Assembly: GCF_031769215.1 (NCBI RefSeq) | Contig: NW_026782081.1 | Coordinates: 434,001 to 498,000 of the forward strand | Length of the DNA: 64,000 bases | DNA from: Ylistrum balloti | Taxonomy: Eukaryota | Direction of reading: 5' to 3' | In this document: in pieces, positions 38,101-50,296 of the stretch | Numbering within the stretch: position 1 is the first letter of the stretch | Layout: each line of letters begins with the position of its first letter | Translations under genes and position numbers: made by a program | Notes under the pieces: generated by a model | Database searches by the model: none | Told to the model about the DNA's origin: nothing | What the model saw: only the letters and a program-made list of their open reading frames with translations

Positions 38101-41100
38101 TTACTTGAAGCGATGGTTGTTATTGTCAAAGTATTAATGGCAATTTATTTTTGTTAGTAAGTGATAGATTGTGGGAAGATCTATTCAGAACAAAAATTGT
38201 CTTTATTGGCTGCTTTTTAGTTACTTTAGGGTCAGTTTTTATGTAATTTCATGTAATTTAGTGGTAAACTTATCTTAGTAACTGAAACATTCATGCTAAA
38301 TCATGATTATTTCTATTGATTTTTTTTGTATATTATACATTATAGTGCATGATTCCAGCAAGCAGATTGACTTCATAGTTATCTGAATGTTATTGTACTT
38401 TTGTTAAACAGCTTTTGTTTAAATAGCAGAACCTCTCATATAAATCAGCTAAACCTCATTCTGCTGTGATTTTTCCTAACCCTATTGAACATTTTTCTTT
38501 GAATGCTGCCACAGAGTAATGATAATATGGAGCTGATGACAAAGGTCCAGTCAGAACAACACTCATCACAGGAACACTTATGTCGCCTCAGCCAGCAGGA
38601 AGAGGAACTCAAGAGTTTAAGAGAGGCTGTAAGTATTAAGATATTTCATTTACTGTAGAAACTAAAATGAATGGCATTCTTAATCTGTTGTGCTTTTGGA
38701 CTATGAGAGAAATAGAAAGTATCAGAAGTAAATCAAACATTAACATGTTAGTTGTTCTCATTTGATTTCAATGTTGATTTTGAGTTATGCACTGTGAATA
38801 TTTTCTTACTTTTCATTGTAAGTGGAAATGTGTTAAAAACAAAATTAATGATCATCTGAGCTGCTGGTGTTCAGTGAGAAAATTGAAAATTGAGGATAAT
38901 TTGGGATTGAATTTGAATTCTATTTGAACAGTTGTCAGAAAAAGACTTGAAGCTGTCGGAGTTGAAACAGACATCACATGAGGTAACCAAAGAGCAGTAC
39001 CAGCAGGAGCAGATAAATGACAGGATGAGACACTACGAGGCACAGGCCCAGCTGGTAGAAACTCTCCAACGGGAGCTGCAGAACTCCCAGGTGAATAACA
39101 CCCCCAAATATGACCTTAATCATTTTGACAACCGATAAAGACAGTTTAATACTAAATAAAATTGAACGAGAAAAAATTTAGCTGCACAATAAGGGATGCG
39201 CAATGTTTAACAGAAGCTTTTTAGTTGTGATTATTTACTCCAATCATCATATTATATTTATAGAGTCAAATGATTAGTCTCCTCTCTTTCCCTTAGTCTA
39301 TTTAGTCATTATTAACCACTTTTGTGACATGTTTCATCAACATAAAAACTCAATATATATTCCCACATTTACTGGTCATGAACAAGCTCAAAAGTTTGAA
39401 TGTTTTGGACCTAGCTCTAATCCAGCTTGAAATGATTTAATAGATATATATTCACAAACCTGTAAATCTTTAGGACATGACTGATGCCCTGAAAACCCAG
39501 AACAGTGAACTTCGGACAATGCTGATTAAGGCTTCAGACAATCACGATAACCCAGGTCTGGATCCAGAGGAGGAGAAGAAAAGAGATGATGTGGTAGGTA
39601 CACAGAGATCTGAGCTGTATAATTGTATTTAGTTTATCACGATGACCATATGGTATTACTTGACCAGTTGTGGTTCTTTTCTGACAAAAATGTGATTGTA
39701 GTAAATTGTAATATGATATATTGCTCTGTTTGATGTATTATTAGCAACATTTGAACAGTTTTCACAGCTATTGAATATATAACTTCATAATATATATCGC
39801 TTAGAATAAATATATGCATTTATTCTATCCATTTGTAGTGTAGTCATGATCATATTTAATATATGATTTGTGCAGAAATTGATTTTTAGATAAACAGTGG
39901 AGTTTTTCAATTTACTTGTTTGAAATATTTGAAACATTCTTATGAAAATTTCAGTACAGAATTATCAGTGACATGTCAAGTGTTTATTCCTGGAGCTTTC
40001 TGTCTTTCTGTATGCAGATTGACTCACTGACTGCAGCCATCAAACAACTGGAGTCTGAGAGATCCCAATTGATGCAAAATCTGCGAGAACAGCGGGAGCT
40101 TTCAGATAGTCTAACAGTCAAAGTGACTGACCTGGAGGAGGCAATCTTACAAAAAAGTATGTTACACCGTCTTCAATTGTCCTGGATTATTCATAATTTT
40201 CATGTTCATGTAGAATCACTTTCTAAATCTGATGTAGTGTTAATTTTTAAAGTGTATGAAACAAAGAGCAGCAGGAAATTTATGAGTTTTTATCTAAGTT
40301 AGAAAGTGAATCACCACATACTTATGCTACAGGTACATTCCATGTGGATAACGACAAAGTGAGCCGAGAGGAGTTCGAAGCAATGAGGAGGACAATGCAG
40401 ATGATAGAGGACAAATACACAAGTGTGATGAGAGACAAAGCTGAGCTCTCCGACAAGGCTGAACAGCTGGAACATATAGTTCTACAGTTAGAAGGGGAGG
40501 CTGATACTATAGGTAGGAACTCATAGTCCTATTGTTAGAACGGGAGAGTGATACCATAGGTAGGAACACAGTCCTACAGTTAGGAAAGGGAGGCTGATAC
40601 TATAGGTAGGAACTCATAGTCCTATTGTTAGAATGGGAGAGTGATACCATAGGTAGGAACACAGTCCTACAGTTAGGAAGGGGAGGGTGATACTTTAGTT
40701 AGGAACACATAGTCCTACAGTAAGAAAGGATGACTGATAGTATAGATCAATGCACTTATGCCTTCAATAAGAAGTGGAGGCTGATATCATAAGTAGCCAT
40801 ATAGATTCACTGCCATATTAATCAACAAAATACAGTTTCTATCAGTTTTGTATTGATGGGGTTCTTTGGTTGGATTTAAGTTATAACTTTGCAGTTAGGG
40901 TGAAACAAGATAATATGACATAGTTTGGTTTATTCAAATTAATTTTAGATACAGAATATTCTTTTGATTGTTTTACATATTTTCACTTGTAAAACAAGCG
41001 GTCAATCTTCGCGTATTGTTGTGTGACTCATATGTTAAATACAAAATTGATACTATGCACACAAGTTGAAATTTATCTTAAAGCAGTTCAATAAAAAGGG

Positions 41101-42971
41101 ACAAGCATGTTATTTTAAAAACAGAATTAGTCATCATTGGTATTACAAACAATATTGCAACAGTCTGTTTATTTTTGACGTCACAACTAAGTTCACATGG
41201 GTTATTTCTTTCTATTATTGTAGTGTTCCATTAGTATGAAATATCCAGGTAACACAGAATGGAACCTCACAGTATTTCATGGTCTCTATATATGCCTCCT
41301 TTTGTTTTACAGGGGAGTACATATCATTATATCACCACCAACGTGCTTTATTACAACAACGAGAATCTCAGAAAAATGATTACATTGCCCACCTTGCCAA
41401 AGACAGAGAACAATTACAGGTAAATATTTCTCATATTTGGAGAAGGTGCATTCATTGTTATTCCCTGTGTTTTACTTTCCTTTCCATATAAGTCTTGCCT
41501 CTCCATTGTAATTGACTCTCTTTCTATAAAAGATTTTATACTAAATGTTTTAGACACTCTTTCACAGATTCAGTACTCCTATTACCATTTATTTTGTGTG
41601 TGTGTCAATTTGATGATTTGCCTTCTCTGAAGGTTTTAGAAAGAAATAAAAAAGGACAACAATTAAAGAAAATTAAAGACATTCCTCTTGTTTTTTGTCA
41701 TTGAGATATAGTGATTGCTCTTTGATAAGATGGCAAAGAAGATTATGTGAATTAGTGATTTCCATGAAATTTTCAAATGAAAAAAAAAAAAAAAATGAGT
41801 CTGCATGAAAATAATTTTCCAATATAGGAGAAACTTGGGGAACTACAGCAGTTAGTGATGCAGTTACTAGGAGAGAAGAATATGCTTTCTAACTACCATG
41901 AAGAGTCACACACTTCCACACATTCCAATGAGCCTAGAATACAACCACACCTGCAGAACTCACTCCAGCCTCTAGTGAATGGGATGGATAGCAATGAAGG
42001 TAAACAACACTCCTTTGATTTCATATTTTCTATCTAACATGATGTGTCTAGAGTGTAGATAATGTGTACTTACTATTGGTTGACAGACTGATTGACTGGG
42101 TGCCTTTTCATATATTTGATCATGAGATATGATTTACTTATCTTATAGGGACTTCAATATTATTGTTCAGATAGGACACATTTCACCTAAATTCTAGAAT
42201 AAACATATTTCAATCAATCTATCATTTATATTAATGAAAATGTTTTGAGTATGCTGTTCCATTGACTTTTACTTAATGTTGTGCTTGAGACTTTTGCATA
42301 GACTATTTTGATACTTCTTCGTAATTCTATCATCTTTATTTGTTTTATGTTATAGAGTCACATTTAACCCTGATAAAGTTGCACAAGAGATGAAAAGATA
42401 ATTGATGAAAAGTGTTAGCATTTTGTAATAACTGAAATGTTTCCCTCTGCTGTGAATTAGTATGAGTGTACCAGTTTTTGTTATCTTTTTGTTGTTGACG
42501 TAATCTTGATACAGATGTAGAAGATATTTAATGATGCTTGATAGAAAAGTATGACTGAGAAATGTACATGTAATTAAACTAATTTTAACTGCAGTGGACT
42601 GGCCTGACTACACCAGTTCAGAATCGGACTCGGAGAGTGAGGTAGAAGCCATTGTGGGTGGTCAGGACAACTTAGGGAACAAGGAAGTGTCAGACATCAT
42701 GGATCAACCAACTGACCACCAAACTTCACACCATGATCACCCTCACCCTCACCACCACCACCAACACCACCATCATCATCACCATGGACAACCTGCTAAT
42801 GATGAGGGCCATGTGCACAATAAGGCAGTACCTCAGGAGGGCCAAACTGCACATAAAATTCTGAACCTCCTAACAGAGATTGGACACTCTACTCTTGTGG
42901 ATAGACAAAGTGATGTAGACCATAACTTCTTACCTTGTAAATACTGTAAAGGACAGGTACAGATTATATGA
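26194..42971 (+). CDS. GOLGA2: Golgin subfamily A member 2 (GM130), 24 coding exons, about 991 aa coiled-coil protein
   Basis: Exons: 26194-26241, 27722-27880, 28975-29033, 30826-30889, 31149-31211, 31780-31860, 32058-32159, 32430-32523, 32890-32996, 33331-33389, 33605-33665, 33959-34132, 34571-34678, 34943-35030, 36471-36618, 37901-38093, 38515-38628, 38932-39090, 39474-39593, 40018-40156, 40333-40512, 41313-41419, 41828-41999, 42595-42971; 2976 nt in frame. GM130 motifs: N-terminal KIAAARKKLKQF, LQQLSRQLNGLL, LQVHIQTIGILVAEKTEL, ALSRALTQNKDLKNQLAELQNGFVKL, GEADTIGEYISLY, and a hydrophobic C-terminus (VQII). Confidence 0.93.
36608..37360 (+). repeat. About 42 bp tandem array containing the GOLGA2 exon 15 end CAGCTCAGCC and a GTAA donor; degenerates into about 60 bp variants distally
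   Basis: Unit cagctcagccagtaactgtctctaccgtaggggttagacagg, about 11 clear copies to 37060, with decayed copies to about 37360. Confidence 0.85.
40470..40740 (+). repeat. 46-47 bp tandem array: last 43 nt of GOLGA2 exon 21 plus donor
   Basis: ATAG|GTAGGAAC occurs at 40513 (real), 40560, 40606 and 40653, followed by two decayed copies. Two variants alternate as a 93 bp dimer. Confidence 0.88.
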
Positions 42972-45900
42972 GGGCAGAAATGAAATACCATGTGAACACC
43001 TAAAGGATATATTGCCAAAGTTGAGTTTGGCCAATTCTTAGAAATGTGCACGAAAATGCATCTGTGCAATAAGTTAGCCAAAATTGACATTCAGAGTGAA
43101 AAGTGAAGCTTTTGAAAATGTATGTGTTCATACACTCATGAACCTCTCCCAGGGGCTAGGAGATCTTGGACTAAGACATTGAAACCTCTCCTTTGAGATG
43201 AATTACTGATACTTAATGAGGAAGTAAACAAACTCTTCCATTGTTGTGTGTTGCCATATGTATAGCAAGTATACACATCTGTTGTTAATCTTATATCAGG
43301 AGTGTATACCACAAGGCATGTTAATCACAATAAACCTTCAATTAAAGGTTATATGCATGTACCTCTGGAATTCTATGAGGAGATGTATGGGAAGCAGTAA
43401 CATTTACCCAAGTCTTGTACAATAGTGGTTAAGTCTGTTATGTACAGGATTATATACCTCACATCAACCTCCTTACATATATAGCTTCAACAATGAAGGC
43501 TGTTTAAGCTTCAACTGTTCTTTACATAAAAGACTTGGACCACAAGGCAGTTGTTTAGAACTTAATATAATGTAATACATTTATTGATGTCATTGTTTAT
43601 CAAAGCTGTTATACACAAGTGGTATGATAAAAGATTTCGTTTTTATGTTATTTAATAATTTCAAAAGCCAGACTTTTGCAAAAAAAGTCATTACAGATGG
43701 TGAATTTTGCAATCTTGCCTTTAAATTCCCATTTCATTAACAGTTTGCTAAGCAGCATATTTTGTCCTCTGTCAGTAAATTCATCCCTATAAAACAAAAC
43801 TCCTCCTTATCTCCTGAGTGGATTTCAACCCAGTTTCACTTGAAACCTCACTCAAGGAGGGCAATAAGTTTTTAGAGAATTGATTTCGTTGTCAGATGAC
43901 CATTAAAGCCAATTGGTCGCTTGTTGTTTTTTTACCAGTAACAAATTAGAATTAAAAGGTCTTAAGAAATTATATGATAGTTTTGTAAAAGTAGTTTAGT
44001 TCACTTTGTTTGACTGGTTAAATACAAAATCAACTAAATGTATGCTAGATGGGTGTAAGGTTTCGCCTGAGAAAAACATACACCAAGCCTGTATATTATT
44101 TTGGTACCAAGTTTGTGGCCTGTCTACCAAAATGCCTTTCTGTGATAATCTGTGTTGTGATCAGGGTACCAGATTCATTGTCTTGATATCATTCAGCAAG
44201 GATAACATTGTGTATACATGTGCATGTTATAGAGAGATGATTGAGACAAAACACACTGTTTTTTCTGTGCTGCTTTTCGTTGCCTAATTTGGTGCTAACT
44301 GTCACTATATTGATGAAAAGCTAAAAGTCCATGTACTGCCTTGTAAGAAACCTTCTTAAATGTCAAGTTGATATTTGGGTTTTTTCATAGTAATCTGTAG
44401 AATCCGCCTATAAAGTTAGAGAAAAAAAATCTGGCATTGTCAGAATTTTGGGAGTTAATGACCATACATATGGGGCCACTTATAATATACACAATGGGCT
44501 GTTGATGTATGCTTGTCCTTTCATTTTTGTCTAAGGTTGCTTTCAGGCCTACATGCCTGTACCTATTATATGTTTGTGCATGGACAAATTAGGAGACATT
44601 GAACTGATTTCATGACCCTACATAACAACGGTTAAATCAGTGCTTAGTAACCCTTATTAACCCTTCTTACAAAATTACTTCTGTTTTCAAAATTCAGGAG
44701 AAGCTGTATACCAGGAAATTTTCACTTTATTTCATATTGCATTTCATTGTAGATCTTAATTCCCAGGTGTCATTTTCACCTTTCATATCAGTTAAGACTA
44801 TCTGATGCTATGTATTGGTATACTACTATGTCAGTATCAATTTCACCATCATTAAATCATGTTATCAAGTAAAGACCATCATAGTTTCTGACAAGATCAG
44901 TTTAGAACAATGTAAATCATTTATGAAAATAATTTCTACATTTGGTTATTGTTCCTTGCGCAAATTCAAATGTTTGCAAATGTGTTATTGAAGGAGTAAA
45001 TATTAAGCTGAAGTATTCATTATGATGATGGTGTGTGCAAAATGACAGGCCCTTAGTTCTTATGTTTTAGATAGAGTGCACCCACTTGGCCTGACATCTT
45101 TGTAAAGCTTTGAGGGCTTCTGACCAGAAAGAGAATGTCATGATTTCACTTCATTCTGTTCATGGCAAATAGTAATGGTAGGTTAGATATTCTGTGTTGG
45201 CTGAGTTAAGCATTGCAGTTTTCAGAGTAAACTTTACTAAGTGGAGGTATTTCACAAATTATTGGCTATTATAAAACTTGTATATCCCCAGTACACATCT
45301 TATCAGGAAGGTGATGCAAACAAGTCCAATTCAAAGTAAATGTAACTTTGCTTATGATATATCTTTAATATATCTGAATGGGACAAATAAATTAAACTTA
45401 ATACATTCCACTTAACCAAAAATTTCAAATTCAAAATGTGCCATGATAGTGAGATGTTAGGCAGGGGTTTCTAATGGGTACAATAATATTTTATAGACAA
45501 TTCCTTATTTGGTGGTGAAAGGGTCCAGCAACTCTGAAATGAGAACTTCTGGCATGTAGACCCACCAATGTAAGATATGATCTATAGTACCCTGTTATGT
45601 AATAGTAACTTAGATGTTTATCAAAATGAGTATATATGTCACAGTAGTGTTCTATTTTGAAAAAAAAAGCGAAAGTGCAATAAAAAAGTTGATCATGTGT
45701 AAAAAGAATTCTCAAAAGTGAAAACTGCAGTTTTTAATCTGTTTTCAAAGTGTGAGAAACAACTTTGACTTGCTGTGGTTCTGTTTTAAAGATGTTTGTA
45801 AATAAAGAACACTGAATACAAGTTATTTTGTTTTTATCAGTTAGCCCTTCAATAAAGATCGCAAACTTATTTCACACATATATAGATTAATAAGATCAGC

Positions 45901-48900
45901 TTCTCTAGTCATTTGTTTCTGTGTAGCACGCTAATGAATCCCAAGTCCTCATTATTTGTCATAATAGCATGGTAAGGGATTATTATAAAATTAAACCTGA
46001 TACAGTAATTATCCATCACCATCATAAATCAAACTGTTGTCTTTTGCCACTTGTATGAGCAGAAAAACACCATTTTCATTTTTACATATTTGAATGGATT
46101 TTTTTATTCACAAATAGAAAGAAACTATTTCTGTTTATTTTCAATGAATTTATTTTGGAAACACCATATACCGCTGTATTGAATTTGATTTGTACTTACA
46201 GACAAAATATCTTCTTTTCTTGACATCTCTTCTGTCAAGTCTGATGGCTACAACTTGAAGGAAACTTTGCATTGGCCTTGCCAGGCAGAGTGTATACTTG
46301 TAGCTTTTGCTTTGTACAATTATTATAGTACAATGTAAGTAATACGTAAATTTGGGAACTGATGTATTTTTCACCCAAGAAGGAGTTTTATTGTTATGTT
46401 TCAACATAAGGCAAGGCAATAGTTTAGTACTACCTGTACACATCTTGCTTACTTTTTCACTGCTGAGGAATATCTGCCTGCATGTAAAGAAAATTTATTT
46501 TTATTCCTGGTATCATGATGTTGTTTCCTATAGCATAATTTTGAGTTCCTTGCATAATGGAACATATTAATTTCAACAATGTATATGTGTAAGAGAGTAT
46601 GTAAGCGATCTTGCCCTACAGAGAGACCGAGCAAGTGTTTATGATTAATCTGTCCTTTACATGGAGGTATGCGGTAAATTGTTCATGAAATGATAGATAT
46701 TCAATATGTATGTACAAATATGTTTCAGATACTTCCATCATAAGGTTACTTGATGAATTGTGATACTGTTATATTACAGATATCTGGCCACATGATACCA
46801 TGACATGATAAAGTACATGTGTCAAGAGTATTTGTGGTTGTACTGAGTACTTACACTGTTTATGCTATTAATATTCATTGTACAATGTAAATATTGCCAT
46901 AGCACAGTGTACATACAGAGGATAATGTATATTTGGTTGTGTACATAACCCAAATCTGTAAATTATTTATAATATAAGATTGGAGATTTTTCTTTGTAAT
47001 ATAAAATCCTGTATATATTACTGTACATTTACACAGTCATGATTTTTATTAAACTATGCATTTGACCATGTAATAAATCCTTGGGAAATATCAAGAAATT
47101 ACAAGCTGCATTTCATTTTGCATGTTACTTCCTTATGGTGGGAGACAGCCACTCGATTTTGTTGGCTGTGAAGTGAATGGGACAGTCATGTTATACTGTT
47201 ATAGTTTTCGTATGCACGAACTGCTTTTCTCAGTAACTTTTGAAATATTTTACATTGGACAGTATTAATTATCTTCCTTTGTTTTGTTGGATTCACTGCC
47301 CCATGAAAAGTCATGGTCATTTCAAGGTGGAGTGTCCTTGTAGTTGCTGGTTGTTATCTCAATGAATTGCACACTGGGTCCAATTGTATGCCATCTAGAG
47401 TAACAAGGGTAAAATGTCTACCCAAGGACACAACCATAACATGACAGATTGATCCATTTCTTGGCGTCCTGTGACAAAAAAACTGTTATGGATAGGGAGG
47501 GTTGAATTGCGCAACTCAGATCTTTACACAGGGTTACGAAATCTACACCCTAGGTTTACATAGGCATACACTAAGCAATTATTGCATTTCACCTTAGAAT
47601 TTTCATTTTTGATGACACCAATTAACAATCTTTATTAGCAACACATTAAGTGGTTTCTGCAAGTTTATTCTTTTATCAAGAAACTTCTTACTCATAGCAT
47701 CTATATTGCAAAGTTTGTCAAGATCTGATTCAAATGATCTCCAGAAACTATTAGAATTATTATTTTATGAACAAAGGCTCTGTCTCCTCCCTTGTGGAGC
47801 CAGTGGGGTGAGGCTCAATATGAAGACACAAGTAAATCTTCCTGTTCTAAACAATTTACAGGATATAGTTCTGATTTTGTCTGCAGCATCCTTATGTATT
47901 GTATTAATTGGGTGCAAGCCCATTGGGCCCAATAAGGGAAATACAATTTTTTGCAAATTTTGCACCATAGTATCCATTGGTAATGTTTATCTTGGTGCTA
48001 ACAGGTCATAAGGTATAGATCCCAATTTGGGAAATGGATCACATTCTTTTCTGTATAGTAGAAAAGATTCTGTCCAAATGAGAATTTATATCGTATAAAT
48101 CGTTTGTCCAAGCCCCTTTGGGAAGTAGAACAGATTCTGTACTAATGAAAAGATTGTAGAAAAAATATGGGTTTAAGAACTGTTTTTGTTCACAACCCAA
48201 CAAAGAAATAGCAGTATATTAAAATCCTTCTGTGGTACATTTTGGTGGTCATGATCATCAGTCAATGTTATTGGTCAAAGGTTACCTTGACCATAGATTT
48301 AGATATTTTATTTTAAATTACAGGGGTGGGGTTATGTATGAGCCCTGTCTCACTTTTCCATGAGAATCATTGTAAAATACAGTTACTGTGGAACCTAAAA
48401 ATCAGGACTGTTCAGATAAAGAAACTTTGAATCTTTTACAACCTATGTTTTGCAAAGGTTTTGACAAAAAGATTAAGTCAATAGCATTCTTTGTCAAAGT
48501 TTGAATTTGTGCCCCTCCCAGGGCTAAAAATGGGAGGATGGAAATAAATCATCTTCTCAGAACAGAAATTTGTTGTGATTGTAACTAAATTGTTAACTGT
48601 CCACATGAACATTGAAATGCAAGCTCTATAGGCCTCTTAGTATTTTCTAGGTCATTATCAGAGGCTAGACTGTTCTAATCAGCATGCGTTCATGGTCCAT
48701 CCGTTAAAAGTCCTTGTTATCACGATTTCCTGAGAATTTATTTATGGATCTTTCTCAAATTTCATATGTAATGTTATGTTCCCCTTGGTCTCTAGTAGTG
48801 TCCTTTTACTTTTGAGGCTGGTCAGAAAACAAGATGTCAAACAAGCAGGTTTCTTGGATTTTGACATAACATTTCTTATTGTTATCTCTAAGAGAATTAC

Positions 48901-49307
48901 CATACCCAATAGATTATACTCAAAGTTGATATGAAGGTTCCCATTGATTTCTTGTTCTTTTCTTCTTTTTTTTCCCCAATCATTTTTAACAGCTTTGCCG
49001 CTGACAAGTTATGAACTTTTATAGCATCAATAAAGGCCTCGCAACGGTGGACACAATGACCCCTCTGGGATCTCTGGAGTGTTTTCAGTTATCATTAAAT
49101 ATATTATTTCACATCAAATAAATGTAAAGTTGAAACATTAGACAATGCTAAACAAATAAAGAAGAAAACGTGCATTATAAATAATGTTTTATACATAAAT
49201 GTCAGCAACTTTATAACAACAAAAAAAACCTTCAATAAAGTTCCACCCAGTAAATTGTATTGGATTTCAATGAAATAATTACATTGTTAGTTTCACTGAA
49301 GGATGAA

Positions 49308-49871
49308 TTAAGTGTCTGGAGGTTTAACGAATGTGAATTTGTCCATGACTATCTTCGTCAAACCTGCTCCGTAGTAGTCAATGATATAGTCTGATCCATC
49401 TGATGGAGTTACGACCTGAGTGGCAATCAGTAAAATATCTACTAGTTGTCCTAGGAAGAAAAATCCCAAAGTAGAAAATTTCAGTAAACCAATAGCTGGA
49501 TATCCTAGATAGAATCTGTCAATTCCAAACATCCCAAGAAAAATAGATAAGAGCAGGGAGGTTTCAAATGAGTATCCGTTGGTCCATCTGCAAGGCTTTT
49601 CTTTCAAGAATCCCACTACAGTGCCATTGTAAGTCATTACTTTTCCATCTAATCCAACACAGCTGATTTCTTCAGCTGGCATACATGGAACCGGTACAGT
49701 CCTGTTTTCTCTGCACCCCTTGGCACTTTGTGTTTCTGTATCAATCTCAGGTTCTTGGCATGTGTATTGCCCAAGAAGCAATGATTCACATCGTAGTGTT
49801 GTGCTACTTCCTGACATTTGAAGCAAAGACGCCAGGAAGAAAAAAGGAGTAACAATATCCGTCAACTTCAT
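49308..49871 (-). CDS. TM2D1: TM2 domain-containing protein 1 (beta-amyloid binding protein-like), single coding exon
   Basis: Uninterrupted ORF; likely ATG at 49871 (MKLTDIVTPFFFLASLL, signal-peptide-like). Motifs C..L.LGQY.C.EP.I, NGYSFETSLLLSIFLGMFGIDRFYLGYPAIGLLKF and PSDGSDYIIDYYG match TM2D1. The ORF-track start at 49898 is a GTG. Confidence 0.92.
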   Translation of the reverse strand: MKLTDIVTPFFFLASLLQMSGSSTTLRCESLLLGQYTCQEPEIDTETQSAKGCRENRTVPVPCMPAEEISCVGLDGKVMTYNGTVVGFLKEKPCRWTNGYSFETSLLLSIFLGMFGIDRFYLGYPAIGLLKFSTLGFFFLGQLVDILLIATQVVTPSDGSDYIIDYYGAGLTKIVMDKFTFVKPPDT

Positions 49872-50296
49872 TATCAAATCTTCATAAATTGCTTCCACAG
49901 AGCTCGATTCATTCGGAATAGGTATGTCTCGAAGTTCTTCGACAGAAATGTAAGTATCCTTTTGACGTTGTTTTCCCCAAACACAATACAGGAAGTAGTG
50001 TCGGAGTTATGTCCCATCATTTTCCATGTTAGTTTATTACTCCGCCGAGTATAGAATTGATTAATTTCCCCTATATATGTTTATGAATTTTATGGAAAAC
50101 ACAACAATTATAATTGAACTATGTGATTTAATTAAATAGAACCGAAGTAATATGTAATAAAATCGATAGAATTTTATAAACTATATTTTCTATCAAGGAA
50201 GTAAGTGCGCGGTGTCATTCGGTCTAAACATTGACAGCACAGTTGAAACACGTGTGTTGGCCGTAAATGTTTTGATATTTTGTTTGTGATTAAGAA
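49872..50296. promoter_or_regulatory. Putative bidirectional promoter TM2D1/DNTTIP2
   Basis: The divergent ATGs are only 425 bp apart; CpG-enriched, with GGAAGT ETS-like motifs. Confidence 0.65.

Noticed and set aside
42972-47100. Possible 4 kb GOLGA2 3' UTR or hidden gene
   Set aside because: Several AATAAA candidates but no way to choose between them, and no coding exons were recognisable.
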